Below are positions 36,507-48,500 of a stretch of 64,000 nt of DNA, in pieces. The notes below the pieces were generated by a model. The model saw only the letters and a list, made by a program, of their open reading frames with translations, did not search any database and was not told where the DNA came from. Source of the DNA: a virus; IMG/VR virus record IMGVR_UViG_3300032224_000723, positions 92,994-156,993 of that record; one strand, written 5' to 3'. The translations under genes and the position numbers were made by a program. Numbering within the stretch: position 1 is the stretch's first letter; the number at the start of each line of letters is the position of its first letter.

Positions 36507-39500
36507 TTACTCTCTAACAAAGATAGCTTGTTCTTGACTGCTTACATATAATCCTAATCCATTTGTTGGGCTAGAGTATGTAGGTTCTGAGGTCAACAGT
36601 TCTGGAGTTTCTGTAGCTAATAGCGTTTCAGCAGTAAACAATCCAGCTTCAATAGCTAAACTAGAGACACCATACCCTGTATCATACCATAAATTGCTGG
36701 TAATATAAGTTTGTCCAGCTTTAAATGTTGCGTATCCTGTGGATGTTAATTGTTTTAATGTATCTACGTTCGGAGTCCAAGTATAATTATCGCTGTATGG
36801 GACTAATTGAACCGCACTTTCATCGTATACTGCTGACCCTGCTGTCAATGTACTTACACCTGTTCCCAATGTTGCTCTACGAATATTACTCAAAGTATTT
36901 GTAGTGGTATTGTTAGTCCAATATGTAATTCTTTCGCCGTTTACAAATATTACCCCAGGAACTGTTGCACTAGGGTTTGGATGTGATAGCACTGAAGAAT
37001 TGGCCACTGTAATTGTGTTTGAAGTTGTAGAAATTATGTTAGTCGAAGCATTGGCAGACACTCTATAGTAACCATAGTTATCATTCATGTCTTTGAATAT
37101 CTTATAGCTAAACGTAGGATAATCATTTTGAGTCAAAATAGCAGTCGCAGTTGCTGGGCTTACATTGCTTCCAGTTATTATGACATTGGGGATAGTTGTA
37201 TACTGTGTACCTGCTGAGACAATACTGATAGACATAATACTACCATTCGCGTCTAAAATTGGGGTTACTGTTGCCCCAGTTCCTGTTGTACCTGATATAG
37301 TTACAGATATAGTGTTTGCGGTATATCCCAATCCGCCATCAACTACTTCAATACTACCAACTTCAAAGCCGTTGGTTGCAACCCAACTAGAATAACTCAA
37401 TGAAGCTGCGTTTGTTGCAAATGTAGTAACAGTTATATCTAGTGTGTCAAACACTCTACCTGGTATTAGTTCTTCAGGAGCATGGCTGCTGTATGTGTCA
37501 ACATATCCGCCGCCGTCGATAATAATATCTTCAGGTCTAATACCCAAACTAGTGTCAGTGTATGAGCTTTGAATTACACTGTCAAGTATACTGTCACTTA
37601 TTACAGGATTCCCTTCTGCGTCAATGTCAAACGGATCAAACGGTGAAGAATCAAATCCTGCTACCGCAAACCCACCAGTGTCAGTATATAGTAATCCGTC
37701 AACCAATACGCCTGGATAATTTATTCCACTTTGTAATAATGAAGGATTTTTACCTGCTTGTCCCACTCCCGGATTGTAGTATGCTTGTATCCTGTCATTT
37801 GCATTGTTAAATTTATAAGCAGGGTATACAGTCAAATAATTTCCATTGAATGATGATCCGCTAGTAAAGTTTGAGTTTACAAAATATCCAACACCGTTGT
37901 AACTAATAATAGTTCCAGTTGTATAACTTGTATTAGCAGTCCAATCTAACACAGTGGTGCTGTAAGTTATACGGTCGTATGTTAGGGTTGTTTTTACTTT
38001 TCTAATAGTTTCATTGGCTAATTGAGCATATGCAACTGCACCTGTGCCATTGCCACCAGATATAGTTACTGTTGGTTGAGTAATATAATTTGATCCACCA
38101 TACAATACTTCTATTTTACTGACTTTTCCGTTTGAAATTAACGCCCTTGCTACGGCATCATTCCCAATAGAGCTCCCTGTTATAGTAACTACTGGTGCTT
38201 GAGTATAACCGCTGCCACTGTTTTCAATTGTGATGTAATCAACATAGTATTCGTAAGTTAACAACCAGTCTCTATATTGTGGAGACTGTAGCTCGGTAGC
38301 ATCTTGAATAAATGTTCCACTTGGGCTGCGATATACACCCAATACTTTATCATAGAAAGGAGGAACATCAAAGTCTGTGACATATCCTGTTAAGTTGTCA
38401 CTTCCTTGATAATCTAATACGTATTCTCTGATAGTAGTTTTATAAGGCTTAACTTCTTCAATGTATTGTTTATAGTATTCTTGGTTATCTTTAGTGTAAA
38501 TTTGAGGTTGATTTAATCCTCTGAATTTGTGCAGCACATCAATGAAGCTAGTTTTAAATACCCAGTCTACATATTTTTGTTCGTCAAGCACATAGTAAAT
38601 GAACACATAGAACAACTCTAAGAAGTTTTCTCTTAATTGATTTATAAATAAATCATTTCTTAGTGCGCTGAGAATATTTCGAAGTTCAATACTAGGATTT
38701 TGGTCAAAGCGTTGAGTATCAAAATTATCGTTACCAAAGCCCATGCCATAGTCTACTAAATTGTATAAGTTTTCAGTTAATGCAATGGTACCAGACTGTA
38801 TGCCGACTGTGTTTACAATATTAGGAAATACTTGCAACAACAACCAGTTACCTTGTCCGTTATTTAGAACTTTGACAATGTCTTGTGACTTTAACGGCAA
38901 GGTAGACAAATCAGCATAGGTGTTAACTGTGTATTTTGGCCTTGTTGTTTTATCAAATCCAGTAGCATACCAATCAACATATTTCCAGTAATCAGAAGTT
39001 CTATAACTCTGTACTCTAGACAACAACCAAGTATTGTTAGATTGTTTAGTATAGATAGACCATAAATTGTTTACAGTGCTGTCAGAAACAACCAACACTT
39101 TGTAATTTGCAGGCTGAATAATAATATTCAAATATGTAAGTTCTTCGTAGGTATTAACAGACAAATCAAATACATCAGTGCCTGCAACAGGTAAAAGTTC
39201 TCCTGAACTTAGAGTAGTTAAATTATATCCTTGACTTATGATGTTTTTAGCAAAAACACTGTTAACATAAGTCACCATCTCTTTGACTGCTTGCAGTCTG
39301 TCAATGAACACGGACTGACGAGGACGAATATCAATACCATATCTATTTTGTACAGCTAGTTTTGGATCAGGTACAGGATTTCCAAATAAATCTTGTCCGC
39401 TGACACTGTCCACTAACTTGTTGTAAATGTTATTTGGTATATCACTGGCTTTGCCGCCTTTTTCAGGAACCAGTGCGTATTCACTGTGTATTATGTTGTT

Positions 39501-42500
39501 ATTGATCTGCGATGCATAATCAATGTGTAATATAACATCTTTGCCTGATACATCTTTATTAAGATTATAAACAGCCACACTGTCATCTCGCAATGCCGCC
39601 ATGTATTTTATACCACTAGATTTAGGATTAGTGATATAATCAGCAATCGTTACCGTAGGTATTAATCTACCAAATTTATTTTCAGTGACTGTGGTTTTAT
39701 TTTTTACCCAGTAATAATAAGTTACTGTTGGGATGTTTGTATTAGGATCAACATAAATTAATGTCGAATATGCAGTATTATCTGCGTACTTAGGCTCGCC
39801 ATCGCCACCTTTGGCTATGTACTGGCTTGGTGGATATATACTCTCTACCCATTCATATACATCTACGCTACTGCCTGGGAATAATCTACCCCAGTTTGTA
39901 GTTCTATATTTTATAGATCCTTGTTCGTAGTCAATGAATCTTACTGTTGAAAGATCCCACCAAACTTGACCAACTTGGGTGTCATTCCAATGTAGGCTTG
40001 TGCTACTAGATACTGTGGTAGCATTGGCTACGTTATAAACAGCAGGATCGTAGTCTGTTTTATAGGTAATATCTTGTTCAGCAACACCCAGTATCTTACC
40101 TTTCAAAGGATCAATGTAATCTAAATTATACATTATGGTTTGAGAAGATGCGCTGTAAACGTAATTCTTTAATATTGAGTCAATGTCTACTTTAGGCCCA
40201 CCTGAACGAATAACGTCCCAACCGTTTAATCCTTGTGTATTTTTAAATTGATATACTATACCAGTGTTTTTGTTATACGTACTATCTGTGTATGATCCAA
40301 CTATCAAGTTGTAGGTATTAACATCTATGTCATGCCCAAATCCTACCTTAGATTTCAATCCAGGATAAGGTGTTAGACGCTCAACAAAATTAAATGCTCC
40401 AGGATAGTTAATAGAATTTCTGCTGTCTAGTAGATAGCTGAATGTCCATACACTTCCGCTGGTTTGTATGTAGTCCTTGAATTTTGTAGCAGTTCCGTCA
40501 AATGTAACTTCAAATGTTGCTGTATTTGTTGCATCAAATGTAGTGGGTTCTAATGTGTTTGCAATGTCGCTACCAACAAACAGCACATCGCTGTTATTAT
40601 TAATTTTAACTTTTTTACCAAAATAATCATATGAGTGATTATCATTGTTAAGAATTTGTTGTGTTTCAACAAATACATTTGCACCAATGTCGGTCAGTGC
40701 TGTTCCCACACCCGGTAATAAATTCAATTTATCGAATGCAAGTCTAGAGTCACTGATTAATACCAATTGTCCATCTACTCCAACGGCAGTAACACCAGGA
40801 ATATTTTTAGAATTAATTGCACTCACTACATAACTCAATCTAGTGTCACTGAATGTAACTTCAAAATTGTTAATACGAATACTGTCGCCGCTTTTTATTC
40901 TTGCAAAAGTTAGACTTGCGCCTACGTAGGCCTGGCCAGCTACGTTTTTATTCAACGTAACTATTTTGTTGGTTGTGTCAATAGACGAAATAGTATAACT
41001 ATTAGTTGAACTTATATTGCTGGTAGTTGAGTTTATTAAGTACATGCCAACAGTTAAACCAGCTACTGATGAAACTGTAACATTTGCTGTAGAGGCCGCA
41101 ACGTTAGTAGATATAGTTGTTGTTTGTTCAATTACGTTAGAGCAAATTACATTTCCATATACTTTGCCTTGATTCACTAGTCTATATACTGCACCATTAA
41201 AAACACCTGCTGTTGATTGATACGGAGCGCCAGCATATACACTACAGTTACGTGGGCAAAGGTCAACACTATAACCAAATTGCTGGTTGCTGTAACTAAC
41301 AGTTGGAGCAAGCTCTTGTATCTTGTTGAATTGATTTGTTTCTATACTAACAATAGCACCAGCATGAGGTGCTGTTGTAAACGTAACTTGGTTGCCCAGA
41401 GTTACAACATAATCAACTCCTATTGTTTTTAATGCTTTGTCAACATAAACTTTACTAACTGATAACAGTGAACGTTTAGTGGTAAAAATAGTTTGATTTG
41501 CGCCAGCAATAAAGTTTTCTACAGAACGATCATATACACTTACACTACCATAAATTCCAGAAGTGTTACCTACTACTATGTTGGCAAGTGGTGCACCTAT
41601 TACAACTTGTGCACCATCTGTTGAACTAGCAACACTGTAACCAAATTGGCTAGATGCATTTGAATGAGCAATACTTGTAATGTATCTATACCCAGGATTT
41701 TGTCTAACAACAATATTACCAAGTCCAGTGTTGGAGGTAAACGTTATAGTATTTCCACTGATAGTAAAATCAACATTGGGGACATAATCTCTTGTGCTTC
41801 TTGCAACATATAAAAATTCTTGACTGCTAGGAGTAAAGTTTAATGTAAATGTTTTTGTGGTTGCATTAGCAGGAGCAATAGTATAACTTAGAGCAGTAAC
41901 AGAACTGTCATATGCATATACATAAACTTTGCCTGCGCCAGGAGCACCCACATACAACCACTGTTCGTCATCACTTAGTGATACACTAGTACCAAATTGT
42001 GATGCTGCAACATTGGCTGTTAAAATTTGATTTGTAGTCAGTGTACCAGTAAAGTCTTTAGTAAAGCCAACTACATACCCTATATTACTGCTACTGGTAG
42101 GTGCTCCAACTAATACATTGGTGCGGCCAAAGTCAATACTAGAGCCCATTCCTGACGCATTGGCAGCTAGTGTGCTTGTTGTTCCGCCTTCGTAAAAATC
42201 GCCAGTATATGACTGCAACATAGTAGTAACTGCACCAGTATTTGAACTGTATCCAGGTTGACCAATTAATGCGAATGTCCCGTCTGTTGATATCTTTACA
42301 GCTGACCCATAGTTAACATTGGCATCGGACTGACTTTGGGGTAATCGTTTTAAAAATGTCCATGGTTCAGACTTATTATAGACTTCCCACTGACTGTTAG
42401 CGCCTTCATTTATCCATACTTTATTATTAACCGACCAACCATTTGCAGGAGTATAGGATGTTACTTGACTCGCATAATCAAATCGCATGCTGACCAATTT

Positions 42501-45500
42501 GTATAATGGGCTAAATCCTGTTACTTTGCTAAAGCCTGTTAACGAACCAGTAAAATCTGCCACAAAGGTAGTTAAAGATGGAACATATGATATCTTGTAA
42601 AATCCCTTGTAGGTATTGTATCCAGTAACCACTACAACATCGCCAACTGCAAGATTATGATTTTTATCTGTAGTAAATTGAAGTTTATTGTTTAATGCAT
42701 TGGCGATTTCAGTTACATTTTTATTTGTATCAGATACTCTATATACATTCCAGTCTTGATTGAAATCGGCCACAGTCCAAATAGTTGAGCCTACGTCAAT
42801 ATTTGCTATATTTCCACTTAGTGTGGAGAAATTTGATAGATCAAATACTGTGTAGTCAATGTCATCAATATTAACAAAACCTGCAGACTTCAAATCCTCG
42901 ACATAAGAACTTTCGGCAGTTCTGTTTAATAAAAATGGAGGAGCCCATGTGGGAGATGATGTTTTATAAATTTCAAAATCTTCTGTGTACACAGAAGAAT
43001 AAGTCACAGTGTGATCATCAACTACCTCTAAACTGGTAGGATTGTTTAATACATACTGTTCGTCTAGAACTAATTCAACAAACTGATTGGTGTCTAAACT
43101 TCCATAAGCACCAACTCTAAATGCCCAATTTTCAGTGATAGTATAACTGGTTTGATCTGGGCCTAGTTTAACTCTGCCCAACGCATCTATGGCGTTCAAT
43201 GTGCCTTTTTCTTTAATAAACCCTTGGTAGAATTTGACCTGAGTTACGTCATCCAAAGCCAAATCATTCAAATAGTTTCTGTTTCTGTAACCAATAAGTC
43301 CTAAACCAAATAAGTCAAATTCGTTTTCTAAATTTACTTTGTCTACATTGTAGAAGTTTTTACTTAATGAGCTGTTACGAGCAAAATTGCTTAGTAAACC
43401 AGTTTTAATTTTAGCTTTTTCTACTGGTAGCCAGTTGTTAAAATTAAATTCGTCTGTGCCTGGTAAGTTTTTACTAGCGGCATAGTAAATGTTTTTGTAT
43501 TCTACTAGATCACCTTTAAGGTAATCAGTAGAAGGCATCCAACTTTCAACACCTTCTTTGTTATATATAAAACCTGGAGGAGCAAACGTACCTGTCCATC
43601 CTGCGGTCTTGTTACCAATTAGCTTTAATTTAAATTGTCTTTGCCCAACAGTTGGATCATAGATAATGTCATTGAATTGTGTAGTATTTTCAAAAATTAT
43701 CACATGTTCATATTGAACAGTCCTCAAGTCCAAGAACCCTATCATGTCGCCATTCTTAACGTCAATGGATACCGTAAAATTGTTGTCTTGTCTAACTACT
43801 GAGTATGCATCAGAATCTAATACTGTGTAATTCTGCGTCATTACTTTGCTGCCATAAAAACTATTTGTAATAGCATCTACAACAGAATCAGCAGACCTAA
43901 ATTTAATTGTATCACCAGCTGGGTTTAACACTAAAATACTGTCTACTGCCCAGCCTTGCTGTGCCCAGAATAAAAATTCTTTTGTGCTTAATTCCCAGTT
44001 ACGAATTTGTCCTAAATCTGGATCATATGTATTGAACAAGAATCCCAAACTAATCAAATATCTTTCATATCCTGCTAGGAATGATGCAACTTGCTGATAG
44101 TTGGTGAATGTTGTGCCATAAGGAACAATAACTTTATAACTTGCAAATTCTTCATAGTATTGAACAGATTTTCCTACTGTAGTCACTGTTATACTTGTGC
44201 CAGTGATAACTGGTGGTGCTATAACAAAATACGGGTGTGTGGTGTCGTATCCGCTTACTTGCCACCCATCACTGCGTTTTTCTATTATTACTGCACTATA
44301 TCTTGGATTTCCCATTGGTGTTGATTTATTCAACACTAAATCAATATCAGCGTCTGGTATCAAAATAGATTCATTAGTACTATTTGGACTGTTTTGTTCT
44401 GCCAAAACTTTAAAATATTGTTTACCACTGAACCCAGCCATACGATAACTCAATTGAATATTATAGTTACGTATATAATTCAACAAATCTGTTTTATCTG
44501 TTATTCCTAGGCCAGTCAAATAATCACTGATCCAGTTAATATAACTAGAACTTCTACTGGTAACACCCGATGATGATGTGTAACTGTTAACATCAATATC
44601 TGCAGGAGTCAGTCGTTGATTGGTTGTGGTTACCAAATACTGATCTAATGTTGTATTGTATTTGTATTTGCTGGTAGCAATACCCAATGCAAAATATTTT
44701 GCTGGGTGAATAAGAGCAGAAATATATTGCAATGCAAACGGATAATCGCTGCTGTTACGCCATGCGGTTTCAGTTGGGCTATATTGACCCACTTGCCAGT
44801 TGTTGTCAAAGCTGTTTAAATCATACTTTTGAGTCAGCAAGCCAATTGGCGGTTTCAATTCACCATTTTCATTAACTGGGATAATGTTTAATAATCCAGG
44901 GCGGGCAAACCTCAAGTCTATACCTTGTCGTTCACCATCTGCGATGTAACCATTTTGTAAATCTGTCCACAATACAGTATTACCGCCAGTGTATGGTGCT
45001 GGCCCATAATATGTTTCCCACCAGTCTGGTTTTGTACTGAATCCCAACATTTCCCATGGGTGAGTATGCGGCTGAGTGGTATCATAGAAATATTGAAAAC
45101 ATGCACGCCAAGACCCTGGTAATTTTGATCCGTCTATTACATCTAAGGCAGAACCGTAGTTATATGTAAATGGCACATCAAATTGATACGTTGAGTTTGT
45201 AATATAATCTAAGTTGTTGTGCCCTACCCACTGCAAATATGATTTTGTCAATACTGCATTGTATTCAGGAAGGCTGTACCCAATGTCTCTAAATTTTCCA
45301 GGAATATTATCATAGATATTGAGCAAGTTAGGATCATAACTAATTTTAATATTGTTGTAAATTCTTTTTTCTAGTTCCAATAATAAATCGTCACGGAAGT
45401 CACCAAATGTTGGGGTTAAACTTCCGTCGTGTCCTACAATGAATGTTTGTGGAATTAAGTAAGTGTAGTCTGTTATGATCTCAGGTTGGTATTTTGGATA

Positions 45501-48500
45501 TAGGCCCAATTTACTAGGAGTTTCTGGTACATAGCATCCGTCGGTGTCATAATATTCGACTATAGTTAATACATCGTCTATATTTGGAAAATATGTGCTG
45601 GTAAAAGAAATACCAGGCGCTTGGGCTAAGAATGTATAGTCTTTGCCATAGATAAGTTGAGCACCATTGACATAAACAAGTACCGCTTTATTTGTTAACT
45701 CATTATTTGTAAACAAATTTGTAATTTCGTAATTACGCTGTGCAGGATCAAAAATATTATAAGAAATTGTATTTTTATTTGCGCCGTATGGAATCATATC
45801 ACTATAATACCAAGGGAACATTTTATTTTTAGAAATGTTTATTTGCCCTATGATAACGTCAACTGCACTGGCAGGGTCAGCGTAGTCTATGGCATTGCTA
45901 TGTGATGCTATAGTTAAAAACTTATTCTTAAATCTAGTATATTCTTGGCTAGCAGATGTAACTGAATTTACAAAATTATAATTGTTATCACACAAGAACA
46001 TTGAGGCATAACTTGTTGGCGCACTTTGTTGAACAATAGTGCCTCCTTGATTAGTCAATGTAATGTCTCTGATATTGCTTGCACCAGGGAAAGCACCTTT
46101 AAAAGCCAGTGAACTCTCTGCTAGTTTACCTAAATGGTTACGCATTTCCCCAAGTGTTGGACTAACAAAAGGAGAATTTTTAGCATTTAAATTTAAATTA
46201 TCAGGTATTTGATAAAAACCCAATTTGCTAACAGATCCACTGTATACTAAAAGATCTACTCTATCATTTGTTTTTAACTTGGCAGGGTTGATACTAATAA
46301 GTTTTGAATTATTGGGTATGTTATAAATTTGATAGCCTGTGCTAGATATCCTTTTATAATTTATAAACACCAATAGATTGTGTGAATATTGACTTAGGGC
46401 CGGGGTTACGTCAATAGCAAATGAATTATCAATACCATCGTATATGTATGAGATATCCTGATATTGTTTTGTGTTTTCTGATACTTTGGACCATACATTT
46501 AATTTTTGCACAGAGCCATTAACATTATTTTTATATAAAAATCCAATGTTTACTTTATCATTGTATGTTATACCATTTACAGTATAAACAAATGTATCAT
46601 TGTCAAAATTATTTTCAAATTCAATATCACCCACATTGTTAAAATTTCTATAGGACAATGGGAATCCTAATATAGGGTCTATTGTTCCAGTTCCTTCTTT
46701 ATAACTGAATATTTTTGTTCCAAGGAACGCATCAGTGGTATTAGCAATAGGATATTTTGAAGTATCACCTAAGCTAACGCCGTCGGAATCGAATACATCA
46801 AAACGTGGTGCTTGATTTATTGTAGTTTTTGTTTGTCCTGTTTCCCAATTGGCGCCGTTATACCAATAACTTTTACCTGCATTAGATAAACCAGACAACA
46901 CTGTAATAGTATCACCTTCTTGGACATCATGATCTGTGGGCTTTTCTAAGTGCAAGTGAATAACTGTAGGATCATTGGGACTATTGCCGACTTGGTCATA
47001 GAAATTTGCAACCCAAATTTTATGCACTGTTGCGGGGTCTTGGTCCGCGGCAAAAATAATACGCATACCATCAACGACTTTTACCCCGTCGATATACAAT
47101 CCTTCTTGTCCTTCTACAGTTAAAAACGGAGTTGTAATAGTATTGTCAAATAAATCAACAGGTTTTAACCCATTTCTACCAAAATCATATAACTGATAAT
47201 TAGGATTAAATTCAATGATGGGACGGGTTGCTCGCTGCGTTTGATCAAGAATTGCGACAGTGTTATTGTACCTTGCGGCAGCGTCAATTACATTTTTATG
47301 GAACCAACGATTATGTTTTGACCATAAATTAATATCTCTACTAGATCTGTTGATAGTAATATAATCTTGAGTTGCAAGGCTGGTTGAAGTATCTATACTT
47401 AGACTACCGTAAAAAGCACTGCCCACAAAGTAAGGATAAACTGGATTGCTGCCGTAGTCCTGTACAGCAAAATAAGCATATGTACCTAAAGGAAACTCAG
47501 GAGTTACACAATATCTTCCGTTGAATCTATCTAATGATCCTGTGCCTGTATATGAATAATCTTCAATAAATGCGCCTGGTAAAAATTCAAAGTCTACACT
47601 AGTACCAGCCACTACTGTAACATTGGTGTTTAATTGAACTTGATTAACGCCCTGTGTAAATTGACCTGGACCAACGGCAGAATGTAGACCGCAGTTTAAA
47701 ATCCATATATCGCCAGTGGGCAAGCCTGCTGTGTTGTTAGTGATCCGCATACCAGGATTTAAACCAAAAGTAGACGATACTGTAATTGTATTAGTAGAAT
47801 CAGCATTGGCACTTATAGTCACAGTTTGCTTAATAGGACGACCATACCCGTTACTTGTTGAAACGTAAGAGCTGGTCATTCGAATTGCACCGCTGTCTGC
47901 ATTTAAAGGATTGGCATAGCCAAATGGACCATAGATAGGATATCCGTCTGCTGCCCATCCGATTAATTTACTGTGCCCTGAATTATCAGTACTAAAATAG
48001 CCATTTAAGTTACTGGTAAAATATCCAAAATTTCCCCAAGCATTGGCTGTGATAAATGTACTGTCTCTGTAATGATATATTCCTTGATCGTCAGGACTTC
48101 CGCCATATTGGTCTTCACCGTTGATCAATACTTGACTGGCGTCATAGTGCCAATTTGTTCCATTTGTTCCTGGCACATACCAATCATTGCTAGGACCATA
48201 GATCACAATACCAGGTAAGGATACACCGATAATTCCAGATTGTAATATATTGCTTACGTGAGTACCTTGTGTATTTTGGCCAGCTCTATAAGGATAATGT
48301 AATGTAATATCTTGTGGAACAATGTAATTAGAATTATCTAAATTAGGGAAAGTGCCGCAGAGTATGTTAGTGCCATCAGGAATATCTGTTGTAGAAATTG
48401 TTAATTGATCTTTGGCTGTGTTTAATCTTGCAGTAACAGGTGCACCTGACGTGTTTGCATTTGCAAACCAAGTGGTTGGATTGTAGTTTGTGGTATATCC

